DNA of 64,000 nucleotides from an uncultured bacterium. GTDB lineage: Bacteria > Patescibacteriota > JACMRA01. The DNA is taken from positions 64,001-128,000 of the forward strand of contig OY969926.1 of NCBI GenBank assembly GCA_963704645.1. Reading direction: 5' to 3'. The notes beneath the pieces were generated by a model. It saw only the letters and a list, made by a program, of their open reading frames with translations, searched no databases and was not told the DNA's origin. Positions 29,179-39,669 of this stretch are shown in pieces. Positions within the stretch are counted from its first letter, which is position 1, and the number at the start of each line of letters is the position of its first letter. The translations under genes were made by a program, and so were the position numbers.

Positions 29179-29616
29179 TTAATATTCAATGATTTCTAGG
29201 TTGATATCAGGCCACCATTGACTGCAAAATTCTATTAAGTAGGTGGCTAGTTCACTAGAACCATCTTCATGAATTAATTCTGAGTAATCTAATGAAGCCG
29301 ATTTCAATGAGCAGGCATGTTTATAGATATAAATACTTGAAACTGGGTGCAGACTTGGAACTAGCTGAGATAAAATTTCTTCCAGATCTGGTGAGAAAAA
29401 ACCGTCGATTGAAGAAATGTAAACTCTTGGAGGTCGTGGCTCAAACTCTACATCTAAAATATAGTGGGGATTTTTAGAAATATTTCTAGCAAATGACTCA
29501 ACAGTTCGAGAATCGTAGGCATTTGGAACTAAATCCAAAACGCAAATCAACTCTTGATTAGGAAGGCTACGAAGCTTCTCAATCCATAAATCAGCAAGGC
29601 TTTTAGTTCTAGGCAC
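29179..29616 (-). CDS. Hypothetical protein (ORFan-like)
   Basis: 145-aa ORF filling the gap between two glycosyltransferases. Confidence 0.6.
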   Translation of the reverse strand: MPRTKSLADLWIEKLRSLPNQELICVLDLVPNAYDSRTVESFARNISKNPHYILDVEFEPRPPRVYISSIDGFFSPDLEEILSQLVPSLHPVSSIYIYKHACSLKSASLDYSELIHEDGSSELATYLIEFCSQWWPDINLEIIEY

Positions 29617-29769
29617 TTTTGTTCACTAACTCTACATCTTTTTAATACAAAGCAAAAGGCTGAAGCAAGTCAAGCGATATAACAATTTGCTAAAACAAAT
29701 CTGTCTTGTAATACAATCTTGACTAAAGCTAATTTTAATAGGTTAACTTATCAAAATAACAAGCACACA

Positions 29770-31041
29770 ATGGTTAATCAAAAAGCTTCAGACAATGTTT
29801 CTGAATTACGAAAAAATGTGGAAATTGCACACATAGTTACCTACCCAAGTTTAGGTCAAAAACATTCAAATTTTAGTGCTTTAGCAGGTTATACCAAAAA
29901 CTTAATAGACGGGTTTGAACCAGAACAAAGAGCAAAGCAAGTAGTTCTTTCTAATATAAAAACTGAACAAGACAATGGCGATGGTGAAAATAGTTTTGAG
30001 TTTGATGGGGTTTTAGTAGAAGAAATTTGGCATAGGGGTAGTTTAATGTTTTGGTTACCAATTTTTAATTATTTAAGGCGAAACAAACAAATTAAAGTAG
30101 TTCACTTGCAACATGAATTTAACATGTTTGGTGGTTTACTAAGTATTATTTTAATTCCATGGCTTTTGTTTTTAATTAGAATTGTTTTAAGGAGGAGAAT
30201 TGTATCAACGTTCCACGAAATTTTTAGTCCGAAATTAATTAATAAAAACTTCATGCAGGCTAATAATTTAGACATTCCTGTATGGATAGCTAAAATTGTA
30301 TTCTATTTTTACTTCCAACTAACCATTTTACTATTTATAGACAAAGTTGTTGTACACGATGATTTCTTTAAAAATATTTTGAAAAACGAGTACCACTTCA
30401 CCAAAAAAGTTGTAACCATTGCCCATGGCGTAGAAAATTTAAGCTGGAGCATGACACAAACTGATGCAAGGCAAAAACTTAATCTTCCTGAAAATAAAAA
30501 AGTATTAATGTTCTTTGGCTTTTTAGCAGGTTACAAAGGAGTTGAGCTTTTAATTGAAGGCTTTAAGAAACTAGAAAACAAACAAGATTATCAATTAATT
30601 ATTGCTGGCGGAAAAGTAAAACGCGTAGCTGGCGACCCACGATACCAGGCGTGGCTAGATAAAATTATGGAAGACTGTAAAAACCTTGGAATTCAAACCC
30701 CTGGCTTTGTAAAAAACGACGATATTGAAACCTATTTCAGAGCTTCCGATTTGTTAATTCTGCCATATTTAACCCCTCAATCTATGAGTGGAATTATGGC
30801 TATGGCCGTTGGTTTTGGGCAACCATTTATAGCTAGCAGTTCATTCAAAGAACGAGTAGAAGACAATTGGTTATTTAATTTAGAGCCTCAAGCCTTGGCA
30901 GATAAAGTAGATTGGTTCTTCAGTGCAGACAAAAATTCACAGGAAATGATTAGCTATTTGAAAGTACTTAAAAATGAACGCTTATGGACTGTAATTGCAA
31001 CTGAAACTGACCAAGTTTACAAACAACTTTTAGCTGCCTAA
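29770..31041 (+). CDS. GT4 glycosyltransferase
   Basis: HLQHEF, TFHE, IAHG, FFGFLAGYKG, DLLILPY, SGIMAMA. Confidence 0.92.
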   Translation: MVNQKASDNVSELRKNVEIAHIVTYPSLGQKHSNFSALAGYTKNLIDGFEPEQRAKQVVLSNIKTEQDNGDGENSFEFDGVLVEEIWHRGSLMFWLPIFNYLRRNKQIKVVHLQHEFNMFGGLLSIILIPWLLFLIRIVLRRRIVSTFHEIFSPKLINKNFMQANNLDIPVWIAKIVFYFYFQLTILLFIDKVVVHDDFFKNILKNEYHFTKKVVTIAHGVENLSWSMTQTDARQKLNLPENKKVLMFFGFLAGYKGVELLIEGFKKLENKQDYQLIIAGGKVKRVAGDPRYQAWLDKIMEDCKNLGIQTPGFVKNDDIETYFRASDLLILPYLTPQSMSGIMAMAVGFGQPFIASSSFKERVEDNWLFNLEPQALADKVDWFFSADKNSQEMISYLKVLKNERLWTVIATETDQVYKQLLAA

Positions 31042-31058
31042 TTTTGATTATATAGAAT

Positions 31059-32300
31059 ATGACCGGTCCAGATTTAACAAATACAATGCCTGAAAATTTA
31101 AACAATAAAAATAAGAAAACTATTTTACTTCTTGGCACCCACGGGCAAGATAACTGGGGAGACGAAATTTTATTAGAAACATTTTTACAAAGCCTTGGCG
31201 AACAAAATAAATACTTAGTAAATTCTTATAACCCAGAACAAACTTTGCAAAGATTTAGCAAAGAATTTAGAGGAGATTTTGACGTGGAAGTTTTTCATAC
31301 AACCAAAGAAATTTTAAAATTACCATTTAGAATTTGGAAAAGCGATGTAGTTTTTTTTGCTGGTGGAAGCATTTTAAAAGAACTATACGCCAGTTACGGA
31401 AGATGGGCTTATTCTACACTTTTCATGATTTTGGGCATAGTAACTTTTGCTAATATTATTGCCAGAAAAACTATAGTAACCAGCAACATTGGGGTTGGAC
31501 CTGTAAAAACTAAATTTGGCAGGTTTTTAGTTAAATTAATTTTAAGCCAAGTTGATGTAATTAGTTTAAGAGATGAAGCCAGCAAAGCCATTGTTTTAGA
31601 AGCTGGAATTAAAGAAACAAGAGTGATTGTAGTTCCAGATATTGTGTTTATTAGAGATCCGCAATCTTTTGGTGTTTTAGTACAAAGCGAAGACAAGAGA
31701 ATAGCCAATATTTCTTCTAATAAAGCTACTTTAACCATTGGTTTAAACCTAAACAAAGATATTGCCAAGCCAGAAATGTGGCCAAGTTTACTTGAAAATG
31801 TAAGCCAATGTTTAACCCAGTTGAAGAAAGACAAAGGTGGAACAGATCAGGAAATTGAAATTATTGGAATTCCAATGCAAATTGGCTATAATAACCATCA
31901 CGATTTGTTAATTTTAAACCAGTTTGCAGATGCAAACCCTGCCCTAAATATTAAGGTAGAAAACCCTAAAACTTCGGCTGCCCTAGCTAAAATTATTAGA
32001 TCTTGCGACTTCATTATAGCCGAACGCTTACATGCTATAATTATTGCCACGGTCTTAAACGTTCCATCCATTCCTTTGATGTACGACCCTAAAGTTGTTA
32101 GCTTGGCCAATTATCTTGGCCTTGAAGATTTTGCTGTTGATGTAAACAAAGCTTTTACACCAGAAGAATTAGGTAAAAAAATAAACTTGCTTCAAGAATA
32201 TTTCACCGAAACAAAACAACATATTCAACAACAATACATGAAGCTGAACAACCAAGATAAAAATTATTTTGACCAACTTATAAATAAGCTAGGTTTATAA
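31059..32300 (+). CDS. Polysaccharide pyruvyltransferase (CsaB-like)
   Basis: G..NWGDEILL, GGS, GVGP, ISLRDEAS, PD, RLHAII.A, YDPKV; start may be 31086. Confidence 0.9.
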   Translation: MTGPDLTNTMPENLNNKNKKTILLLGTHGQDNWGDEILLETFLQSLGEQNKYLVNSYNPEQTLQRFSKEFRGDFDVEVFHTTKEILKLPFRIWKSDVVFFAGGSILKELYASYGRWAYSTLFMILGIVTFANIIARKTIVTSNIGVGPVKTKFGRFLVKLILSQVDVISLRDEASKAIVLEAGIKETRVIVVPDIVFIRDPQSFGVLVQSEDKRIANISSNKATLTIGLNLNKDIAKPEMWPSLLENVSQCLTQLKKDKGGTDQEIEIIGIPMQIGYNNHHDLLILNQFADANPALNIKVENPKTSAALAKIIRSCDFIIAERLHAIIIATVLNVPSIPLMYDPKVVSLANYLGLEDFAVDVNKAFTPEELGKKINLLQEYFTETKQHIQQQYMKLNNQDKNYFDQLINKLGL

Positions 32301-32335
32301 AAATGAATTAAATACTAAGCCGACCTTAATATAGT

Positions 32336-35300
32336 ATGTTCAACCAAGAAAAAGATACTTCTCCTAAACCAGAACAAGAAACGCAGTCTCATAGAATTGA
32401 GTCTGTAAAAAATAGTGGTATCTCTAATAATTCCCAAAGCGAAAGTAAAAGCTCTTCCACAGCTCAAGCTTTGGGCAACAAATGGAGCGAAATAATGAAG
32501 ATGCCCTCTGGCCAAGAGTTGTTAATGGTAATGCAAAATGGTGTAATAAGAACAGCCAAAAACCTTAAACAAAAGCTATTCACTAAAAAGGCAGCTAAAC
32601 GTAACATAAAAACAATTTTAACTTCTCACTATGTTTGGGTTTTTGTGTTTGGAGTACTTTTAAATAGCTTTATTTTTAGAGGAGTATTAGCAAGCTACCC
32701 ACAAATTTTAGCTGGAGATGTATTGGTTGGGCCAGAAGAATTGGTACCTATAACAGATTTCAATACTCAGTACATAGACCAACAGCTTAACCCATTTTCA
32801 GTTTTAACAGACAACTACGAATTTAGAGTTAGGTATTCTTTATTAACTACTTGGACTAGGTATTATTTAGCTTTACCACTTGTTGGTTTAGTTGGGCTAA
32901 ATGCCGCTTCCTTAACCATAATTTATGCTGCAATTTACAAGTTGCTTAAACATTTGTTCAAAATTGATAGAAGACAAAATCTGTTAGATGAAAATATAGA
33001 AGCAGATAGTAGTGGTGTTGAACATAGCCTTGGTAGCAGGACGCACAAAACTTTACCTAAACTGCATACCAGCTATTATACACATTTTCAAACTAATAAT
33101 TCAAAATTTAATAGCAATTCTTCTAAACTAAACAAAAGCAGTGCAGAGCTTCATTCTGAAAACTCTAAAATTTACTTAGAATCTCAAACCCACACTGAGC
33201 GTAGACAACTAGCAAATTTTAACATTGTACCCAAAGAGTTTATAATACTTGCCTCTTTAGTTGGGGCAATGTTAAGTTATTTCATTTTACTTTACGCCAA
33301 AATTACCCACTTCTATACCTTAATTTTTGGATTTAGTTTATTTAGCTTAGCGGTTAGCTTCTTAATAATTTTGTTACTTAACTTTAATAATCAAACAAAG
33401 AAAGAAAGAAATTTTTCGGTTATAGCTGTAATTTTGCTTACTGTTTTTAACCCTGCCACTCATTACGTAATTTTAACCGTTTTTGTTGGTGGAATTTTAT
33501 TGTTCTTTAGTTTGGTTTCTAATACTATAAATATTTTAAAATATAAAGGTCTTTGGAAACAAGAGCTAATTAAATCTGGTTATATTTTAACAGCCATTGT
33601 TAGCAGTGCCTCTTTTTACCTTGCTTATTACTTTATTTACATAACAACATTTAACAAATTTAGCGTTTCAGAATACGTTTTTATTACAAATAATTTAATT
33701 AGATACGCCTCTTCCGATATTTTACAAATTATATCTTTACAAACTGGTTCCATTTTAGATTTTTACTACTACGGCAACTATCAAATTAGTCCACCAGAAA
33801 GCCGTTTGTTTAATATTTTTTACAGTTTAGCCATTCCTGCAATATTCTTATACAGCCTTTTTAAATACAAATCTAATAAAAAACTTTTTAGCTTAAGTTC
33901 TGCCGTCATAATTATTTCAGCAGTAGCAATATTTTTTGCTTTTGGTTTTGAAAACCCCTACTCCGCACACAATTTAACTGCTCAAATTTTACCAGCTTTA
34001 AATAACAGTCCAAGTTTTATTAATAATACTTTAATTCAGTTAATTTCTACTTTCTTTTTAGTTTTACGTTTTCCACACAGATTCTTGTTTATTTACGAAT
34101 TAATGGTGTCTATTGGTTTTGGCATATTTAGTGTTATAATTTTGCAAAATTTAAACAAGTTTTATAATTTCAACCAAACCATTTTTAAACACACAATTTT
34201 AGTTTTAATTGGAACAATTCTAATGCTGCCTTTTTTTTATGGAGCAAATGTTTCTGAAACTTTATTTACAGGAAACTACAATGGATTTTTCAGCAACTAC
34301 ACAGTTCCTCAAGATTTAAAAGATATTAAAGAATATCTAGCTAATAGCAAGGATGGTGGAAAAGTTATAATTTTACCCACTACAGAAGCTCCATTTAGAG
34401 TCACATCTGATGTAAATGGAAATCAAATAAGAGTTATAGATAAATTCTTTTTGTATTACCTAAATTATCCCGGCCAGTATTACGGATTAAGTGCAGACAT
34501 TGAGTATAAAAATAACTATTTCTTACTTTATTTATCAGCCAAGGAAAACTTAGATTGGTTTAATTTTCTAAGAAATAAAGATATTGAATACGTATTAGTA
34601 AATAAGACCCAAAAAATTAAAGATGGTTATAGCAATTTAAATGATATAGAGCAAAATTTAAAAGATGGTACAGACGAAATTGTTAGCCAAGGTTTAGCTA
34701 CAAAGGTAGTTTCTGGTGAATATTTTGATTTAATAAAAATTAATAAAGAATATGTTCCTGAAAAAACTTTGCTATTTTTAAATGACGATTGGCAAAATGT
34801 TAAAGACAGTTTAACAAAAAACATGGTCGATTACCCAGACAACAGTGTATACAATATATCTAAAAGAATTTGTACAGAGCAAAAATTTGATGTTTTAGGC
34901 AATGTTGAAAAAACAATTGAAGACTTAAATATTTTGTGCAATAAATCTATCTTAGACTATAATTCTAGGTTAACCCCGTTCAGCAAAACAGTACAATCTA
35001 CCAACGATTTCATCTCCAATATTTTTAGTATGATTGCCACTTCACAATCTACTAAAGTTAATATTTATAACACTTTAAATTCTATAAACCCTGGAACATA
35101 CAACGCCTTGGGCAGAGAAATATTATTTATAGATAACAAAGATGACACTTTAAACTATAATTTTTCTGTGAAAGACAATGGTAGTTATTCTATAGATGTT
35201 AGGGCCAGAGCTGCTAATGCTAAAGTTGAATTTACTATTTACGATGAGGAAAACAATATTAAATACCAAACTAAGCAAGATTTAATAGATGAAGCAAACT

Positions 35301-35530
35301 ATGTTAACAGCCAAGACGATGTAGTTTTAAACAATTTTAAATATTACAATTTGGCCGAAAACTTAAATTTAGAAAAGGGAAATTATTTAGTAAAACTAAC
35401 AAAAGTAGACAACCAACCCATTGGTGTAGACAGCATTTCTTATTACACCGCTGGCCAGCTAGACAATATAAAAAACCAATATCAAATTACCCAAAAAGAC
35501 ACAGATTTATATGAATTTGTTAAGAAGTAA
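32336..35530 (+). CDS. Large polytopic membrane protein (GT-C/AftD-like) with extracellular beta-rich, CBM-like C-terminus
   Basis: About 12 hydrophobic segments, LRFPHRF, VP..LKDIKEYL..KVIILP, IEYVLVNK; C-terminal YSIDVR..NLEKGNYLVKL..VDSI. Confidence 0.6.
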   Translation: MFNQEKDTSPKPEQETQSHRIESVKNSGISNNSQSESKSSSTAQALGNKWSEIMKMPSGQELLMVMQNGVIRTAKNLKQKLFTKKAAKRNIKTILTSHYVWVFVFGVLLNSFIFRGVLASYPQILAGDVLVGPEELVPITDFNTQYIDQQLNPFSVLTDNYEFRVRYSLLTTWTRYYLALPLVGLVGLNAASLTIIYAAIYKLLKHLFKIDRRQNLLDENIEADSSGVEHSLGSRTHKTLPKLHTSYYTHFQTNNSKFNSNSSKLNKSSAELHSENSKIYLESQTHTERRQLANFNIVPKEFIILASLVGAMLSYFILLYAKITHFYTLIFGFSLFSLAVSFLIILLLNFNNQTKKERNFSVIAVILLTVFNPATHYVILTVFVGGILLFFSLVSNTINILKYKGLWKQELIKSGYILTAIVSSASFYLAYYFIYITTFNKFSVSEYVFITNNLIRYASSDILQIISLQTGSILDFYYYGNYQISPPESRLFNIFYSLAIPAIFLYSLFKYKSNKKLFSLSSAVIIISAVAIFFAFGFENPYSAHNLTAQILPALNNSPSFINNTLIQLISTFFLVLRFPHRFLFIYELMVSIGFGIFSVIILQNLNKFYNFNQTIFKHTILVLIGTILMLPFFYGANVSETLFTGNYNGFFSNYTVPQDLKDIKEYLANSKDGGKVIILPTTEAPFRVTSDVNGNQIRVIDKFFLYYLNYPGQYYGLSADIEYKNNYFLLYLSAKENLDWFNFLRNKDIEYVLVNKTQKIKDGYSNLNDIEQNLKDGTDEIVSQGLATKVVSGEYFDLIKINKEYVPEKTLLFLNDDWQNVKDSLTKNMVDYPDNSVYNISKRICTEQKFDVLGNVEKTIEDLNILCNKSILDYNSRLTPFSKTVQSTNDFISNIFSMIATSQSTKVNIYNTLNSINPGTYNALGREILFIDNKDDTLNYNFSVKDNGSYSIDVRARAANAKVEFTIYDEENNIKYQTKQDLIDEANYVNSQDDVVLNNFKYYNLAENLNLEKGNYLVKLTKVDNQPIGVDSISYYTAGQLDNIKNQYQITQKDTDLYEFVKK

Positions 35531-35581
35531 AAGTCTAAAAACAATCCAAAGCCAAACATTAGCAACAAAGGATGGCAAAGT

Positions 35582-35665
35582 CCCCTCTAGAGAGGGGTGG
35601 GCCGAAGGCTCGGGGTGTGTTTTACAATAAACCAAAAGCACAGGAGGATAAATCCTTCCCCTACA
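35582..35665. repeat. Double-hairpin repeat (35582-35617) and GTAG variant (35643-35665,-)
   Basis: CCCCTC-TAGA-GAGGGG-TG-GGCC-GAA-GGCT-CGGGGTG; reverse complement TGTAGGGGAAGGATTTATCCTCC. Confidence 0.7.
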
Positions 35666-35724
35666 ACGAATATAAAATAAGGATATTTTTTTCCCACATA
35701 AACAATAACACCAAACAATACAAT

Positions 35725-38700
35725 ATGTCAGACTTGAACCAAAAACCAAATATGTTTTCAGACATTAAAGCCAAAGACGCCCAAACCCAAGCCGAATTAT
35801 CAGACTACAACACCGAAGGTAACAATCTAGATTCTTCGGTTTCAAGCGAAGCTAAAGTACCCCTGGTAAGGGGTGAAACCGATAGGTTTCGGGGTAGTGA
35901 AACACCAGAACAAACCCCTGTAGCGGCGAAGCTTGCAAGCCAAAAATTTGATACCAAAAACCTACGTGAAAAGGCCAACCAAATTCTAAAAAACAAAATA
36001 ACTTGGGGTATTGCAGCAATTGTAATTTTAGGTTCACTTGGTGGCTTTTTATATTTCAGATCTGATGGTAAATTTTTTGGCGCAACAACACCTACAGAAG
36101 TGCAAGTTGATATGTTTATTTTAGGTGGTGGCCTTGGTGGCGCATCAGCTGCTATTCAAGCAACTAAAGACAACAATAGTTTTGTTCTGTCTGAAGCTAC
36201 AAATTGGCTTGGCGGGCAAGCTACTATTCAAGGTGTTTCAACTTTAGATCAGAATAATAAAAACTTTCAAAAATCTGGTATTTATAATGAAATTTTAGAG
36301 AACATGAAGTTAAATTCTGTTTCTACAATTGGCCCATATGTTGGTAACGCCACAACCGGCCCAGGAGACTTACCTGCCAGCATAGATAGCTATTTAAAAA
36401 GCAGACTAAGCAGCTATAACAAAGGTAAATTATTGTTTAACACCCAGCTTGAAAGCGTAGACAAGGTTGGAGAAACAATAACTTCGGTAACTGTACGAGA
36501 CAGAAATGAGCTTAGTAAAAAGTACACTGTAAAAGCAAAATATTATTTAGACAGCACAGATTATTCAGATTTAACCAGAATGGCTGGCATTGAATATAAT
36601 TTTGGTTTAGACTCTCAAGAAGACACCAAGGAAAGAATTGCCTTAACCCAAAAAGAAAAAGATGTTTTAATAAATGGTACAACTTATGCCGGCGCACAGG
36701 TTGGAGGTTTCGGTAATTTAATTCAACCAATTACAACCCCTTTTGCAATTTTAGATAAAGGTTATGTTGGTAATAAAATTAATTTAAACGATGTTGTACC
36801 AGCTCAAAGTCTGGGCTTGGCTTCAACAGGATCAACTTTTGCAAGCTGCCAAATAGATAAAAACAAAAGCTGTATTTTAATTAACCCAAACAGCAAGTTA
36901 GAAAAAAACCTAGATTTAAATTACCTTGGTAAACAGCATTTCACCTTTATTTTTGAAGGAAAATTAACCAGCGCTGATTTACAAATTAATGTAAATAATG
37001 AGGCAACTAACCTTCAACCAATTAATGAAAAAATTAATAACGCAGATTACACTTTATTTAAAATTGCTTATTTAAAAGATACTGCTAATTTTAACTTTGT
37101 TGTTTCTAGTAAGAAGAATTCACTTTCTTTATCAGATATAATAACTACACCTTTCAACTTTGAAAACTTAAGCAGCACAGAAAACCTAGCAGATATAACC
37201 GCTAAAGCCGATTTAAACATTGGCTTAGATAAGCTAAAATTTGATGAAGCTAAAAAGACTTACACCTTAAATTTAAACGACTATAAAGGTAAATTAGACC
37301 CAAACAAAAACTATTACATTCTAACCACTTTCCCTCAAAAAAATAACCTAACATTATCTAAAAATATCTCAGCTTTTGTAAACGAAAGTAATAAAAATGT
37401 TTTTGCAGTAAACATTGACCCAGTCTTCGATTTTAATGAAGAATATTTACCAACCTACAAATTAAAATATGATGAAACAAAAAACCAACAATTTATTTTA
37501 ACAAACAACGAAGCAAAAGAAAAAAGTATAGCTTCCAGCATAATAATTATTGATGAAACAAAAGTAGGAGGGTTTAAATTAATTAAAAATAAGGAAGGTT
37601 ATGCTTACACTAATTCCCAGTTCATAGATATTACCTATCTTGGTTTACAGAAAAACTTGAAAGCTACAAAGCAGGTTTTGAACGGCGATAGTATAATTTT
37701 TAGTAATGTAATTAATGCTGAAGATAAAACCCCAAGACTTGGTCAATTGGGCAGAACAGAAGTTGGAAATGGAGACACTTTAAGTTTAGAGGACAAAGAA
37801 AACAACAGTATTTTAATATTGAAAAATTTGAATTTAGAACATTACTTTGATCAAATTTTTAACAGCTTTACTTCTTCTAAAACTAGAATGGAGCAAACTT
37901 TAGCCGCCGGAAACTACGATATTTTTATTAAAACATTAAATATTAATAAGCTTGAAGTAGACGACAAAATTGATTTAAAAATTAGCTATACTGGAAACAA
38001 CAGCGTAAAAAGAAATATAGATTTAATACCTGGAAAATTTGAAAAATTATATAGTTTCACCCTACAAAACCCAGACAATTTACAGCTTGAGGTAATAAGT
38101 AAATGCAAATCTGATTGTTTAAAAAATGTTTCTATTCTGGTTACGTCCAGCGTTCCTAACAATTACGATTCTGGCTTTTTAAATCGTAAAATTAGTGTAG
38201 ACAAAGACTTCCTAAAACCGCTTTATTCTTCCAGTGAAATTGGGCAAGACTACTTCTTTAAATTTAGACAGATTTTAGATCCAATTAATGTTTCTAGGTC
38301 TAACGTTTTAGATGTTGCAACTAAAAATATTATAGCTACCAGAGGGCTGGGTATTTCTCAAATTAATACTGGTTTTAACGATTTTTATTTAAAGGGTATT
38401 GATACTCAAAAATATATTTCCGATGAAGCTTATTTCAATGAAATAAATAAGAATTCTAAAGATTATTCTGCTAGATATTATTATTGGTTAAAGTATGATG
38501 TGCCTAAAAATTATTTAGGATGTTCTAATACCGAGGCTTTTTGTGCCAGCACTAGAATAAATATTTCCCCAATAGCCATGAATACTAAAGATGGCTTTTC
38601 TGAATTACCTTACGTACGTGACCCAGTAAGGCCAGTTGGAAAATCTATGATTACTTATCAGGATATTTCTTTAAACGAAAATTTGTGCAGTTCTACCGAC

Positions 38701-39615
38701 GTTGCTTCTGGTAAAAAATGTGATGAGCTTAGCATTACCAACACCCCAAATAAATTATTAGTTTCTTCAGATTTCCTGCAAAAATTTAACAAAAAACCAC
38801 TGTTTGGCTATTTCTACGCTGCTGATGTTCACAGTATTTTAAGCACAACTGATATAAAAACTTTCTACGATTATTTAGAAGCAAATAAATTAAGAAATAA
38901 GAATAATTTACCAAAGTTCCTACCAGGTATTTACGATACCAACGTTCGACCTTATTCTGTAGGTTTTGATAATATTCACTCTGATGAAGCAGACAATTTG
39001 CTTTTCTGTGGGAAAAACATTTCTGTGTCTCAAATTGCTAACGGTTCTACCAGATTGCACCCAGCTGAAAGCATGGCTGGGCAAAGTTGCGGTGTAGTTG
39101 TAAACTTCTTAATTAAAAACGGAGACAAAAAACTTAACTATTTAGGTATTGACAGTGTTTATGCAAGCTTTAGCCAAGACTTGGTAAAAAATAATATGTA
39201 TCCAATTCCTTTTGAAGATCAAGAGTTTATTCAACTATATGCAGATTCTAAGTACGATGTTCTAACCAGTTACTTCAAAGCAACTGAAGACAAAATTTTG
39301 CCTGCTGAACTTGTTTTAAACGACAGATACCAATATGCAATTTACAAATTTACACCTAAAAGAATAGCTACAGGAGCTGAAGTAAAAACTGTATTTGATG
39401 CTGTTTCAATTAAAACAACCAATTTTGACACTAGCAAAGTTTCTTACACCTACAAAGATTTACTAGACTACACCGAAGACAAAAATGATGACCAAAAACT
39501 TTCAACTGTATTAAATGAATATGTTTATAGTTTATCAACTGACACTAAATTAACTGGAACAAGAACTATTACTAAGGGAGATTTAGCCTATATTTACTAT
39601 AAGCTAGGGAAATAG
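35725..39615 (+). CDS. Membrane-anchored FAD-dependent oxidoreductase (FAD_oxidored type) with ~500-aa insertion and degenerate SLH-like C-terminus
   Basis: TM anchor; GGGLGGASAAIQA, WLGGQAT.QGVS..D, YLDSTDYSDL, PYVRD, ADVH, NLLFCGKNISVSQIANGSTRLHP..GQ..G. ATG 35725 preferred because the upstream in-frame part is repeat DNA. Confidence 0.85.
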   Translation: MSDLNQKPNMFSDIKAKDAQTQAELSDYNTEGNNLDSSVSSEAKVPLVRGETDRFRGSETPEQTPVAAKLASQKFDTKNLREKANQILKNKITWGIAAIVILGSLGGFLYFRSDGKFFGATTPTEVQVDMFILGGGLGGASAAIQATKDNNSFVLSEATNWLGGQATIQGVSTLDQNNKNFQKSGIYNEILENMKLNSVSTIGPYVGNATTGPGDLPASIDSYLKSRLSSYNKGKLLFNTQLESVDKVGETITSVTVRDRNELSKKYTVKAKYYLDSTDYSDLTRMAGIEYNFGLDSQEDTKERIALTQKEKDVLINGTTYAGAQVGGFGNLIQPITTPFAILDKGYVGNKINLNDVVPAQSLGLASTGSTFASCQIDKNKSCILINPNSKLEKNLDLNYLGKQHFTFIFEGKLTSADLQINVNNEATNLQPINEKINNADYTLFKIAYLKDTANFNFVVSSKKNSLSLSDIITTPFNFENLSSTENLADITAKADLNIGLDKLKFDEAKKTYTLNLNDYKGKLDPNKNYYILTTFPQKNNLTLSKNISAFVNESNKNVFAVNIDPVFDFNEEYLPTYKLKYDETKNQQFILTNNEAKEKSIASSIIIIDETKVGGFKLIKNKEGYAYTNSQFIDITYLGLQKNLKATKQVLNGDSIIFSNVINAEDKTPRLGQLGRTEVGNGDTLSLEDKENNSILILKNLNLEHYFDQIFNSFTSSKTRMEQTLAAGNYDIFIKTLNINKLEVDDKIDLKISYTGNNSVKRNIDLIPGKFEKLYSFTLQNPDNLQLEVISKCKSDCLKNVSILVTSSVPNNYDSGFLNRKISVDKDFLKPLYSSSEIGQDYFFKFRQILDPINVSRSNVLDVATKNIIATRGLGISQINTGFNDFYLKGIDTQKYISDEAYFNEINKNSKDYSARYYYWLKYDVPKNYLGCSNTEAFCASTRINISPIAMNTKDGFSELPYVRDPVRPVGKSMITYQDISLNENLCSSTDVASGKKCDELSITNTPNKLLVSSDFLQKFNKKPLFGYFYAADVHSILSTTDIKTFYDYLEANKLRNKNNLPKFLPGIYDTNVRPYSVGFDNIHSDEADNLLFCGKNISVSQIANGSTRLHPAESMAGQSCGVVVNFLIKNGDKKLNYLGIDSVYASFSQDLVKNNMYPIPFEDQEFIQLYADSKYDVLTSYFKATEDKILPAELVLNDRYQYAIYKFTPKRIATGAEVKTVFDAVSIKTTNFDTSKVSYTYKDLLDYTEDKNDDQKLSTVLNEYVYSLSTDTKLTGTRTITKGDLAYIYYKLGK

Positions 39616-39669
39616 AAAACCTTTGACAAGTTTAAAATTTAATGCTTATATATTAATATAATATTTATT

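Noticed and set aside
35572-35724. Longer N-terminus for the flavoprotein
   Set aside because: Made of intergenic-type repeat DNA; ATG 35725 is more plausible, though the longer start cannot be fully excluded
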